64,000 bases of DNA from Alphaproteobacteria bacterium (GTDB lineage Bacteria > Pseudomonadota > Alphaproteobacteria > MPNO01): contig CBDFLJ010000002.1 in NCBI GenBank assembly GCA_965248835.1, forward strand, positions 1,184,001 through 1,248,000, in the 5' to 3' direction. Below the pieces are notes generated by a model. The model had not been told where the DNA came from. It worked only from the letters and a program-made list of their open reading frames with translations, and made no database searches. This document shows positions 37,940-47,691 of the stretch, piece after piece; position 1 is the stretch's first letter, and each line of letters starts with the position of its first letter. Position numbers and translations under genes: made by a program.

Positions 37940-39163
37940 ATGGCAAACCGCCATCCCTGGCAGGCGATGGCCGGCGATCGGCGGGCGATCGGCGAGACGA
38001 TCACCCGGCTCGGCCGCGACAATTTCTTCCCGCGCAGCGCCGCGCTCGACGAGGCCGCCGCCTTTCCGTTCGAGAACTACGACGACATGCGCGAGGCGGG
38101 GATCCTGGCGCTTACCGTGCCCGCCGCCGACGGTGGGCTGGGTGCGGGTTTCGCCGATTACGGCTGGCATGCCGCGGAGATGGGCCGCTGGTGCGGCGCC
38201 ACCGCTCTGACCTTCAACATGCATGCCTGCACACCGCTCTGGATGAGCGTGATCGCCGATGACCTCGACATGGACGCCGCCGCCCGGGCCGCGCACAAGG
38301 CCAACCGAGAGCGCCATTTCGAGCGCATCGTCGAGCATGGCGCGGTGTTCGCCCAGCCGTTTTCCGAAGGCGGCGCCGCAGCCGCCGGCAAGGCGCCGTT
38401 TGGGACGCTGGCCGCCAAGGTCGACGGCGGCTGGGTGCTCAACGGCAAGAAGATCTTTGCTTCGCTGTCCGGCGCGGCGGACTATTACGGCGTGCTGTGC
38501 ACCGAGGACAAGCCCGACGCGGATGTCGCAGACACGCTGTTCGTTGCCGTCCCCAAGGAAGCGGAAGGGCTGTCCTTCGTCGGCCCGTGGGATCCCGTCG
38601 GCATGCGGGCGACCGTTTCGCGCACGATGCTGATGGACAAGGTCTTCGTCAGTGACGAGATGCTGCTCCTGCCGCGCGGGATCTATCACCAGGCCGCACG
38701 GCGCTGGCCGCACATGTTCCTGACACTGTGCCCGTCCTATCTCGGGATCGCCCAGGCCGCCTACGACTTCACCGTCGTCTATTTGCGCGGCGAGATCGAA
38801 GGCATGCCGGTCAAGCGCCGAATGTATCCGACCAAGCAGATCAGCACCGCTGACATGTTCGTCAAGCTCCAGCTCGCGCGCGCGATCTTCGGCCAGGTCA
38901 TGGCCGAGGCCCGGCTCGACCCGTCCAAGGAAGACCGGCTGCGTGCTTATGCCGCGCAATTCACCGTCATGGAGACCGCGAACGAGATCTGCCGGCTGGC
39001 CATTCGCACCTGCGGCGGCCAGTCGATGCTCAAGTCGCTGCCTCTGGAGCGCTATTACCGCGATTCACGCCTGGGCTCGCTGATGCTGCCCTGGACGGCC
39101 GAGCTCTGCCTCGACCGGCTGGGGCGCGAGACGCTCTACGAGCCGGGCGAGGCCGACGACTGA
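37940..39163 (+). CDS. Acyl-CoA dehydrogenase-fold flavoprotein
   Basis: FP.ENY, GG.GA, FSEG, W.LNG.K.FAS, WDP.GMRAT.S, CGG and LERYYRD.R motifs. Confidence 0.88.
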   Translation: MANRHPWQAMAGDRRAIGETITRLGRDNFFPRSAALDEAAAFPFENYDDMREAGILALTVPAADGGLGAGFADYGWHAAEMGRWCGATALTFNMHACTPLWMSVIADDLDMDAAARAAHKANRERHFERIVEHGAVFAQPFSEGGAAAAGKAPFGTLAAKVDGGWVLNGKKIFASLSGAADYYGVLCTEDKPDADVADTLFVAVPKEAEGLSFVGPWDPVGMRATVSRTMLMDKVFVSDEMLLLPRGIYHQAARRWPHMFLTLCPSYLGIAQAAYDFTVVYLRGEIEGMPVKRRMYPTKQISTADMFVKLQLARAIFGQVMAEARLDPSKEDRLRAYAAQFTVMETANEICRLAIRTCGGQSMLKSLPLERYYRDSRLGSLMLPWTAELCLDRLGRETLYEPGEADD

Positions 39164-39171
39164 GCACACCG

Positions 39172-40662
39172 GTGGACATCTCCAACTGGATCGACCGCTG
39201 GGCCGATTTCAGCCCCCGCAAGACCGCAATCACCTTCGAGGGCCGCGCCATCACCTATGCCGATCTGCGCGAGCAGGTCCACCGCCTGGCCGCAGTGCTC
39301 CGTGAGGGTCTGGGCGTTGCGCGCGGCGGCCGGATCGCCTTCCTCGGCTACAACAGCCCTGACTTCCTGGCGCTGCTGTTCGCCTGTGCGCGGACCGGGG
39401 CGGTGATGGTGCCTCTCAACTGGCGCCTGGCCGCGCCCGAGCTCGCCTTCATCCTGGAAGACGCAGGGTGCGGGACGTTGTTCGTCGAGCCCGCGTTTGC
39501 CGAAACGGCGGAAGAGGCGACCGGGGCGTTGCCCGATTGCCGCACGATCGATGCCGCCGGCCTTGCGGACCTCCTTGGTCGCGCAGGCGGGGATGCGCGC
39601 GATCCGTCAGTGGGGCTCGATGCCCCGATCCTGATCGTCTACACCTCGGGCACGACCGGCCGGCCCAAGGGGGCGGTGCTCACCCAGTCCGCGCTCGCCT
39701 TCAACGCCGCCAATGCGATCGCGGCCTACGACATGACCAGCCGCGACCGCGTGCTGACAAACCTTCCGATGTTCCATGTCGGCGGGCTCAACATCCAGAC
39801 CACGCCGGCGTTGTGTGCGGGCGCCAGCATCGTCCTGCAGCCCCGCTTCGAGCCCGATGCGGCGATCGCAGCCCTGGAGTCCGAACACCCCAGCCTGATG
39901 ATCCTGGTGCCGGCGCTGATGACCGCGTTGATGGATCATCCGGCCTGGCCGGACCTCGATTTCACCCGGCTGCGCTGCATCAACACCGGATCGACCGCGG
40001 TGCCGATGCCGTTGCTCGAGGCCTATCTCGAACGCGGCGTGCCGGTCACCCAGGTCTACGGGTCGACGGAGACCGCCCCGATCGCGATCCATCAGCGGAT
40101 CGCCGATGCCTGGGCGACGGCCGGTTCGTCCGGCAAGGCCGCGCTCTATTGCCGGGCGGCGATCGTCGGCCCCGACGGCCGACCGCTGCCGCCGGGCGAG
40201 CGCGGCGAGATCGTAATCCGCGGCCCCAACGTGATGACCGGTTACTGGCGCGACGAGGCGGCGACCGAAGAGGCGCTGCGCGAGGGCTGGTTCCATACCG
40301 GCGATGTCGGCCTGACCGACGAGGACGGCAACTACTACGTCGTCGACCGGCTCAAGGACGTGATCATTTCCGGCAGCGAGAACATCTATCCGGCCGAGCT
40401 CGAAAGGGTCCTGGAGCGCTCGCCCGAGATCGCCGAGGCCGCGGTCGTCGGCCGCAGCGATGACAGGTGGGGCGAGGTGCCGGTCGCCTTCGTGGTCGCC
40501 CGGGACGGGATCACGCTCGACCGCGAGGCGGTCCTCGGCCTGTTCGAGGGCGAGCTTGCCCGCTACAAGCACCCGCGCGAGGTGGTCTTCCGCGATGCGC
40601 TGCCGCGCAATGTGATGGGCAAGGTCCTCAAGTTCGAGCTCCGCGAGGCCTTGCGCCCGTGA
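39172..40662 (+). CDS. Acyl-CoA synthetase (long-chain/FadD-like AMP-binding)
   Basis: YTSGTTGRPKG, YGSTET, WFHTGD, DRLKD.IISG.ENIYP.E and LPRN..GK motifs. Confidence 0.9.
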   Translation: MDISNWIDRWADFSPRKTAITFEGRAITYADLREQVHRLAAVLREGLGVARGGRIAFLGYNSPDFLALLFACARTGAVMVPLNWRLAAPELAFILEDAGCGTLFVEPAFAETAEEATGALPDCRTIDAAGLADLLGRAGGDARDPSVGLDAPILIVYTSGTTGRPKGAVLTQSALAFNAANAIAAYDMTSRDRVLTNLPMFHVGGLNIQTTPALCAGASIVLQPRFEPDAAIAALESEHPSLMILVPALMTALMDHPAWPDLDFTRLRCINTGSTAVPMPLLEAYLERGVPVTQVYGSTETAPIAIHQRIADAWATAGSSGKAALYCRAAIVGPDGRPLPPGERGEIVIRGPNVMTGYWRDEAATEEALREGWFHTGDVGLTDEDGNYYVVDRLKDVIISGSENIYPAELERVLERSPEIAEAAVVGRSDDRWGEVPVAFVVARDGITLDREAVLGLFEGELARYKHPREVVFRDALPRNVMGKVLKFELREALRP

Positions 40663-41849
40663 GCCGGACCTTGCGGGCCCGCGGAGCGTTTGGCGCCCTG
40701 CTGATCACCGTCTTCATCGACATGGTCGGGTTCGGGATCATCATTCCGTTCACGCCGTTCTGGGCGGAAAAGTTCGGTGCCTCGCCCGATATCGTCACCC
40801 TGCTGTTCGCCACCTATTCGATCTTCTCGTTCGCCTTCGCGTTTCTGTGGGGTTGGGCGAGCGACCGCTGGGGCCGCAAGCCCGTCCTGGTGCTGAGCCT
40901 GATGGGCTCGGTGCTGTCCTTCCTGTGGCTGGGACTTGCCGAAGCGCTGTGGATGCTGTTCGCCGCCCGTGCGCTGGGCGGGATCTTCGGCGCGAACATC
41001 CCGGTCGGCCAGGCCTATATCGCCGACATCGCGCCGCCGGAAAGCCGGGCCAAGGGGCTGGGTCTGCTCGGCGCGGCCATCGGGTTGGGCTTCACCCTCG
41101 GCCCGGCGATCGGCGGGCTCCTGGCCGGGCCGGATCCCGCGAACCCGGATTTCCGGACACCTTTCTTCGCCGCCGCCGGGGTGTCGTTTCTCGGCATGGT
41201 CTTCGCAGCGGTCTTCCTGCCCGAGCCAGGACAGCGCAGGGAGGACGGCGCTCACAAGAGCGCAATGGAGCGGCTGAGCGGGTTCTCCAAGGTCATCACC
41301 AGCCCCGTCGTCGTCGGCGCGGTGACCTGCCTGACCATGATGGGCTTCGTCATGGGCGGGCTCGAATCGACCTTTGCCATCTGGACCGAACGCGTCGTCC
41401 AATGGGGCCCACGCGAGACCGGTTACTTCTTCGCCTATATCGGCGTGTTGCTGGTGATCATCCAGGGCGGTCTGATCGGCGTGCTGGTCAGGCGCCTCGG
41501 CGAGGCGCGGCTGGCTGCGGCGGCGATCCTGGTCATGGCGGGCGGCATCGGCATGCTGCCCTGGTGCGATACGGTCGAGCTTATCGTGCTGAGCGGCGCC
41601 TTGATCTGCGTCGGCTTCGGCCTCGGTCAGCCGTCGCTCAACGCGCTGGTCTCGCGCAATGCGCCGGCCGGCAGCCAAGGCGCGGTCATGGGGGCATCGC
41701 AGTCCGCGCAAAGCCTTGCCCGGATTTTCGGGCCAGTGACCGCCGGCGCCCTGTTCGCCTCTCTGGGCCGGGATTCGCCCTATGTGATGGGCGGCATCGT
41801 CCTGTTTGCCGCCTTCCTGGTGGCGGTCGCCATCTTGCGCGACCGATAA
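40659..41849 (+). CDS. MFS transporter, TetA/DHA1-like
   Basis: VFID.VGFGIIIP, G..SDRWGRKP, AYIAD and G.GF.LGP.IGG motifs. GTGA overlap with the ligase stop. Confidence 0.88.
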   Translation: MSRTLRARGAFGALLITVFIDMVGFGIIIPFTPFWAEKFGASPDIVTLLFATYSIFSFAFAFLWGWASDRWGRKPVLVLSLMGSVLSFLWLGLAEALWMLFAARALGGIFGANIPVGQAYIADIAPPESRAKGLGLLGAAIGLGFTLGPAIGGLLAGPDPANPDFRTPFFAAAGVSFLGMVFAAVFLPEPGQRREDGAHKSAMERLSGFSKVITSPVVVGAVTCLTMMGFVMGGLESTFAIWTERVVQWGPRETGYFFAYIGVLLVIIQGGLIGVLVRRLGEARLAAAAILVMAGGIGMLPWCDTVELIVLSGALICVGFGLGQPSLNALVSRNAPAGSQGAVMGASQSAQSLARIFGPVTAGALFASLGRDSPYVMGGIVLFAAFLVAVAILRDR

Positions 41850-41945
41850 TCGCGAAAACCGACGTCGCGGGGCTCGATTTTGTCTGTCTCATCGGCGATT
41901 ATTCGCTACCCGAGAAACTGGGGATTGTGGTCCAGGAGGCAATCG

Positions 41946-42815
41946 ATGGGAGAGTTGAACTACGCCGCGCCGGAGACCCTGCAAGACGCTGTCGCGATGC
42001 TTGCAGATGCAGGCGGCGGCGGGCAGGTCCTTGCCGGCGGCACCGACGTGCTGGTGCTGCTGCACGGTGAGGTCATCGAGCCCGACCTCATCGTCGACAT
42101 CAAGAACATCCCCGAACTCCAAGGCATCACGGTCGATGACGGCGCCTATACCGTCGGTGCCGCGACCACCGGCATGGCCCTGGTGGACCATCAGGGTTTC
42201 AGCGCGACGTGGCCGGGGGTGATCGAGGGTGTCGCCCTGATCGGCTCGATCCAGGTCAAGGGGCGGGCCAGCATGGGCGGCAATCTGTGCAACGCCTCGC
42301 CTGCGGCGGACTGCGTACCGCCTCTGATCACCGCCCGCGCGCTTGCCAACATCATCGGCCCGAACGGTCCGCGCAGCGTCCCGGTCGAGGACATCGTCAC
42401 CGGCCCGGGCAAGACTTCCCTGGCGCTGGGCGAGATCATCGTCTCGTTCACCTTCCCCAAGCGTCCGCCCCATTCCGGCGACTGCTATCTGCGCCTGACG
42501 CCGCGCACCGAGATGGACATCGCGATCGTCGGTGCGGCGGTCAACCTCACCCTCGACGACGACGGCACATGCACCGATGCCCGTGTCTCGCTGGGCGCGG
42601 TTGCGCCGACCCCGCTGCTGGTCGAACAGGCGGGCGCTGCGCTGGTCGGCACCAAGGTCGACGATGAGGCGCTTGCGAACCTGTCCGCGGCCGCGAGCGC
42701 AGCCTGCAATCCGATCAACGACAAGCGCGGCACGATCGCCTACCGCATCAAGACAACGGGTGTAATAGCGCGCCGCGCCGCGCAGACTGCGCTCGAGCGT
42801 GCGAGGAGGAACTGA
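41946..42815 (+). CDS. Xanthine dehydrogenase family FAD-binding subunit (CoxM/CutM-like)
   Basis: LAGGTD, IGS.Q...RAS.GGNLCNASPAAD and PI.DKRGT..YR motifs. Confidence 0.9.
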   Translation: MGELNYAAPETLQDAVAMLADAGGGGQVLAGGTDVLVLLHGEVIEPDLIVDIKNIPELQGITVDDGAYTVGAATTGMALVDHQGFSATWPGVIEGVALIGSIQVKGRASMGGNLCNASPAADCVPPLITARALANIIGPNGPRSVPVEDIVTGPGKTSLALGEIIVSFTFPKRPPHSGDCYLRLTPRTEMDIAIVGAAVNLTLDDDGTCTDARVSLGAVAPTPLLVEQAGAALVGTKVDDEALANLSAAASAACNPINDKRGTIAYRIKTTGVIARRAAQTALERARRN

Positions 42816-43294
42816 TGACACGAAAGGTCCATGTAAGGACGATCGTCAACGGCGACGAATACGAGTATCTGTGCGAGCCGGGCCAGACCCTGGTCGACGT
42901 GCTGCGCAACGAGCTCACGCTGACCGGGACCAAGGAAGGCTGCTCAACCGGCGATTGCGGGGCGTGCAGCGTGATGCTCGACGGCACCCTGGTGTGCTCG
43001 TGCCTGACGCTGGCGATCGAGACCGACGGCAAGTCGGTCGAGACCATCGAGGGCATGGCCCAGGGCGAGGAGCTGCATCCGCTGCAGCGGAACTTCTTGG
43101 AGCTCAACGGGTTGCAGTGCGGCATCTGCACTCCCGGCATCCTGATCGCGGCGCGCGCGTTGCTGGAGCGCAACCCCGACCCGAGCGAGACCGAGATCCG
43201 GTTCTGGCTTGCCGGCAACCTCTGCCGCTGTACCGGTTACGACAAGGTGATTCGATCCGTCCAGGCGGCGGCCGAAGAAATGAGAGGAAACTGA
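42815..43294 (+). CDS. Xanthine dehydrogenase family 2Fe-2S subunit (CoxS/CutS-like)
   Basis: GTKEGCSTGDCGAC, QCGICTPG and GNLCRCTGY motifs. Confidence 0.93.
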   Translation: MTRKVHVRTIVNGDEYEYLCEPGQTLVDVLRNELTLTGTKEGCSTGDCGACSVMLDGTLVCSCLTLAIETDGKSVETIEGMAQGEELHPLQRNFLELNGLQCGICTPGILIAARALLERNPDPSETEIRFWLAGNLCRCTGYDKVIRSVQAAAEEMRGN

Positions 43295-43296
43295 CA

Positions 43297-45573
43297 ATGG
43301 CGACCATCCTCGAAGACAGCGGCTTCAATCCCGATAAGGCGCTCAAGGTCGTTGGCCAGAACCCGGTCAAGCAGGACGGGCCGGACAAGGTCACCGGGCG
43401 GGCGAAGTTCGGCGCCGACCTGGTGCTGCCGGGCATGTTGTTCGGCAAGATCCTGAGGAGCCCGCATGCGCATGCGATGCTCAGGTCGATCGATATCTCG
43501 AAGGCCGAGGCGCTGCCGGGCGTCAAGGCGGTCGTCACCCGCGACGATTTCCCGGACCACCCCCAGGGAAGCCCGAACGGCGATCTGACCCGCAACATCA
43601 TGGCCCGCGAGAAGGTTTTCTATGACGGCCATCCGGTCGCGGCGGTTGCCGCGACCAGCGAGGCAATTGCCAAGCGCGCGATCCGGCTGATCGAAGTCGA
43701 CTACGAAACCCTGCCGCACGTCATCGACCCGGTCGAGGCGATGCAAGATGACGCGCCGGTCTTGCACGATTACCTGCGCACCAAGGGAATCGAGGGCGTC
43801 GAGGACAAAACGACCAACCTGGTCGAGCGGCTTGACCTCGACATGGGCGATGTCGAGAAGGGCTTCGCCGAGGCCGATGTGATCGTCGAGCGCGAATTCG
43901 ACAGCAAGCCGATGCACCAGGGCTATATCGAGCCCCAGGGTTGCGTCGCCAACTGCAACGACGACGACGAAATCGAGCTCTGGTGCTGCACCCAGGGCAC
44001 CCACGTCTTCCGTGACCGGCTGGCGGCAATCCTCAAGCTGGATTCCTCGCGCATCCGGGTCAGCCAGTCCGAGATGGGCGGCGGGTTCGGCGGCAAGACC
44101 GGCTTCTACGGCGAGCCGCTCGCGGTGGTCCTGTCCAAGAAGGCGCGCCGCCCGGTCAAGATCGTGCTTACCCGCAACGAGGTCTTCCGCTGCACCGGCC
44201 CGGTCGCCGGCACCCATTCGCGGATCAAGATCGGCTGCACCAAGGACGGCAAGATCACCGCGGCCGCGGCCGAGCTGATCTTCCAGACCGGCGCGTTCAC
44301 CGGCTCGATGTTCTTCAACGCCGGCCAGGCGATGTTCACCCGTTACGCGCTGGAGAACATCAAGACGCGCTCCTACGAGGTCGTCTCCAACCGGCCGAAG
44401 GTCAACGCCTTCCGCGCACCCTGCGTGCCGCAGATCGTCTTCGGCGTCGAGGGCATCATCTCCGAACTGGCCGAGAAGGTCGGCATGGACGGCATCGACT
44501 TCCGACTCAAGAATGCCGCGGTCGAAGGCTACCGGACGATCTACGGCGACACGTTCGGCCCGGTCGGCTTCGTCGAGACCCTGGAGGCCGCCAAGGCCTG
44601 CGACCACTACAACACGCCGGTCGCCGAGGGCGAGGGCAGGGGGATCGCCAGCGGCTTCTGGTTCAACCGCGGCGGCGACACCACGGGCTCTCTCACCATC
44701 ACGCCCGACGGCTCGGTGACGATCATGCTGGGGACGTCCGACGTCGCGGGCTCGCGCGTCTCGATCAGCATGATGGCCGCCGAGGAGCTCGGCGTGCCGC
44801 TCGACAAGGTGCGCGCGATCCTGGCCGACACCAGCGCGATCGGCAACAACCGCGTGACCGCGGGCAGCCGCACCACCTTCTCCTCCGGTATGGTGATCGT
44901 CGATTCCGCCCGCAAGACGATCAAGGAGATGGTCAGGCGCACCGCCGAGATCTGGGGCGTCTCCGAGGAGGAGGTGACCTTCGAGGACGGCTATTGCCGG
45001 CCGGCCAGCGCCAACGTGGGCGATTTCGACCCGTTGTCGATCGCCGACATCGCGGCGCGGACCAGCGTCAGCCACGGTGCGATCTCCGGCCATTCGGAGC
45101 TTAACGTCACCGGCGCGGGTCCCGGGTTCGGCCTGCATATCGTCGACCTCAAGGTCGACCGCGAGACCGGCCGGGTCGATATCTCCCGCTACACCGTGGT
45201 CGAGGACGCCGGAAAGGCGATCCATCCGCTCCAGGTCGAGGGCCAGTTCCAGGGCGGCGCCGTCCAGGGCGTCGGCTGGGCGCTGAACGAGGAGTACATC
45301 TACAACGAGGACGGCAGGCTCGATAACCCAAGCTTCCTCGACTACCGCATGCCGGTCGCCTCCGACGTGCCGATGGTCGATACCGTCATCGTCGAGGTAC
45401 CCAACCCGCTTCACCCCTATGGCCTGCGCGGCGTCGGCGAGGTGCCGGTGGTGCCGACCCTGGCCGCGATCGGCAACGCCATCGGCAACGCCATCGGCAT
45501 CCGGCCGCAATCGCTGCCGATGTCCCCGCCCAAGCTGCTCGAACTCATGGAGCAGGCCCAAGGCGGCGGCTAA
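43297..45573 (+). CDS. Xanthine dehydrogenase family molybdopterin-binding subunit
   Basis: DKVTGRA.F, RSPHAHA, GGGFGGK, AFRAP, VEGQ.QGG..QG.G.AL.E and RGVGE motifs. ATG at 43297 follows GAGG. Confidence 0.92.
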   Translation: MATILEDSGFNPDKALKVVGQNPVKQDGPDKVTGRAKFGADLVLPGMLFGKILRSPHAHAMLRSIDISKAEALPGVKAVVTRDDFPDHPQGSPNGDLTRNIMAREKVFYDGHPVAAVAATSEAIAKRAIRLIEVDYETLPHVIDPVEAMQDDAPVLHDYLRTKGIEGVEDKTTNLVERLDLDMGDVEKGFAEADVIVEREFDSKPMHQGYIEPQGCVANCNDDDEIELWCCTQGTHVFRDRLAAILKLDSSRIRVSQSEMGGGFGGKTGFYGEPLAVVLSKKARRPVKIVLTRNEVFRCTGPVAGTHSRIKIGCTKDGKITAAAAELIFQTGAFTGSMFFNAGQAMFTRYALENIKTRSYEVVSNRPKVNAFRAPCVPQIVFGVEGIISELAEKVGMDGIDFRLKNAAVEGYRTIYGDTFGPVGFVETLEAAKACDHYNTPVAEGEGRGIASGFWFNRGGDTTGSLTITPDGSVTIMLGTSDVAGSRVSISMMAAEELGVPLDKVRAILADTSAIGNNRVTAGSRTTFSSGMVIVDSARKTIKEMVRRTAEIWGVSEEEVTFEDGYCRPASANVGDFDPLSIADIAARTSVSHGAISGHSELNVTGAGPGFGLHIVDLKVDRETGRVDISRYTVVEDAGKAIHPLQVEGQFQGGAVQGVGWALNEEYIYNEDGRLDNPSFLDYRMPVASDVPMVDTVIVEVPNPLHPYGLRGVGEVPVVPTLAAIGNAIGNAIGIRPQSLPMSPPKLLELMEQAQGGG

Positions 45574-45621
45574 GCCCAGGATCGGGATCGGCCCGACGGA
45601 TCCGAAAGGGGCCCGGCGGCG

Positions 45622-47691
45622 TTGAGCGATTACCGGCTGGGTGTCGATGTCGGCGGCACCCATACCGATCTCGTGCTGCTGGACGGCACGGGCCAGGCCC
45701 TGATCGAGAAGGTCCAGAGCACGCCGGAGAACCCGGCGATGGCGGTGCTCGAGGGCATCGCGCGGCTCGTCGGGCGCGGCATCGATGCACGCGCCATCGA
45801 TTTCTTCGGCCACGGCACCACGGTGACGACCAACGCGCTTTTGGAGATGAAGGGCGCGCGTCTGGGCATGCTGATCACCGACGGGTTCCGGGCGATCCAG
45901 GAGGTCCAGAGCCAGGCCCGCGAAACCAACCAGTTCGAGCTCAAGTTCAAGAGGCCGCCGCCGCTGGTGCCCCAGAGCCTGACCGCAGAAATCCGCGGCC
46001 GGATCGATCATGCCGGCAACGAGATCACGCCGCTGTCCGAGGCCGACATCCACGAAGCCGTCCGCCGCCTGGCCGAGGCCGGCGTCGAGGCCTATGCGGT
46101 CTGCTACCTGTTCTCCTACATGAACCCCGCCCATGAGCGGCGCACAGCCGAAATCATCCGTGAGCATGTCCCGGACGCCTATGTCTCGCTTTCCTGCGAG
46201 GTGCTGCCGCGCGTCCGTGAGTGGCCACGGATGTCGACGACCTTGCTGAACGCCTATCTCGAACCGGTTCTGGTGCGCTATGCCGCCGATCTCGACCGCG
46301 GGCTGGACGAGGCCGGTCTGGCGACACCCCGGCGGTTCCTGATGCAGTCCAACGGCGGCGTGATGCCGCTCGATGCCTCGCGCGGCGGCGGGCGGACCGT
46401 GCATACCCTGTTGTCGGGTCCGGCGGCCGGAGTCCAGGCCTGCGGCTACGCGCTGGGCGAGCTCCAGGGCTGGTCCAGGATCGTCACCATGGACATGGGG
46501 GGCACGAGCTGCGACATCGCCTTCATCGAGGACGGCGCGCCGCTGGAGGCGACCGAGGGGATGATCGCCGAGCGCAGGCTCGACATCCCGGCGCTCGATA
46601 TTTCGACCATCTCCGCCGGAGGCGGGACCATCGCGCGGCTCGGCGCGGCGCAGTATCTCTCGGTCGGCCCCGACAGCGCCGGCGCAAGCCCGGGTCCGGC
46701 GTGCTACGGCAAAGGCGGCACACGCCCGACGGTGACCGATGCGGACCTGCTGTGCGGTTACCTCAACCCCGACCATCTCCTGGGCGGAGCGACCCGGCTC
46801 GACAGGGAGGCCGCCGCCGGGGCGATCGAGAGCGCGATCGCCCGGCCGATGGGGCTGAGCCTCGGAGAGGCTGCGGCCGGGATCGTGCGGCTGATCAACG
46901 CGCGCATGGCTGACGAGATCCGGGTGCAGGCCGCGAAGAAGGTGATCGAGCTTGGCGAATTCACCCTGGTGGCGTTCGGTGGTGCGGGCCCGGTCCACGC
47001 CGCAACCGTCGCCGAAGAGCTCGGCATCCACCGCATCCTGGTGCCGCCGAATCCCGGCGCCTTTTCCGCCCTGGGCCTGTTGTGCACCGATGTCGTCCAC
47101 GACTACATCCGCTCCGAAGTCGGCGATATCGCCGCCATGGCGCCGGAACGCGGTGAGGCGGCGTTCGCCGGGCTCGAGGCCCGGGCGGCTGCCGATCTCG
47201 CGGCCGAAGGGCTGGGCGACCAGCCGCGGCACTTCATCCGCGAAATCGACCTGCGCTATGCCGGTCAAGGCTATGAAATCCGCACCCCGCTGGACGGGCT
47301 GGCGGCGCGCCCGCTGACCGCCGAGGGAATCGTTCAGATCCGGGCGCGGTTCCACGATCTGCACCGGGAACTGCACGGCCATTCGGCGCCGGACTCCGGG
47401 ATCGAGGTGGTGAGCTTCCGCGTCCGGGTCCGCGTGCCGGTTCCCAAGCAGGCCGTCGCCGATCCGATCGCGGTGCGCAGCGGTTCCGGCACACCACGGG
47501 GCACGCGTCCGGTTACCTTCGACGGCACGTCGTGGCACGACACGCCGGTCTACTGGCGCGATGAGCTGGGGACCGCCGCGCTCGGCGGGCCGGCGGTGAT
47601 CGAGCAGCTCGATGCGACCACCGTGGTGCCGGTGGGCTGGACCGCACAGCGCGACCGGTACGGCAACATTCTCGCGGAGCGCGCGGCATGA
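45622..47691 (+). CDS. Hydantoinase/oxoprolinase A subunit (ATP-dependent lactamase)
   Basis: GVDVGGTHTD, HGTTVTTNA, MQSNGG, SGPAAG, DMGGTS.D, GP.SAGA.PGP.CY and FGGAGP.H motifs. Confidence 0.92.
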   Translation: MSDYRLGVDVGGTHTDLVLLDGTGQALIEKVQSTPENPAMAVLEGIARLVGRGIDARAIDFFGHGTTVTTNALLEMKGARLGMLITDGFRAIQEVQSQARETNQFELKFKRPPPLVPQSLTAEIRGRIDHAGNEITPLSEADIHEAVRRLAEAGVEAYAVCYLFSYMNPAHERRTAEIIREHVPDAYVSLSCEVLPRVREWPRMSTTLLNAYLEPVLVRYAADLDRGLDEAGLATPRRFLMQSNGGVMPLDASRGGGRTVHTLLSGPAAGVQACGYALGELQGWSRIVTMDMGGTSCDIAFIEDGAPLEATEGMIAERRLDIPALDISTISAGGGTIARLGAAQYLSVGPDSAGASPGPACYGKGGTRPTVTDADLLCGYLNPDHLLGGATRLDREAAAGAIESAIARPMGLSLGEAAAGIVRLINARMADEIRVQAAKKVIELGEFTLVAFGGAGPVHAATVAEELGIHRILVPPNPGAFSALGLLCTDVVHDYIRSEVGDIAAMAPERGEAAFAGLEARAAADLAAEGLGDQPRHFIREIDLRYAGQGYEIRTPLDGLAARPLTAEGIVQIRARFHDLHRELHGHSAPDSGIEVVSFRVRVRVPVPKQAVADPIAVRSGSGTPRGTRPVTFDGTSWHDTPVYWRDELGTAALGGPAVIEQLDATTVVPVGWTAQRDRYGNILAERAA

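Noticed and set aside
41946-45573. Aerobic CO dehydrogenase coxMSL
   Set aside because: Gene order matches, but the active-site loop is AFRAPC rather than AYxCSFR, and no cox accessory genes are present.
43237-47538. 1433-aa minus-strand ORF
   Set aside because: Antisense shadow of the Mo-subunit and hydantoinase A genes. It has no recognisable motifs, and long stop-free reverse frames are expected at high GC.
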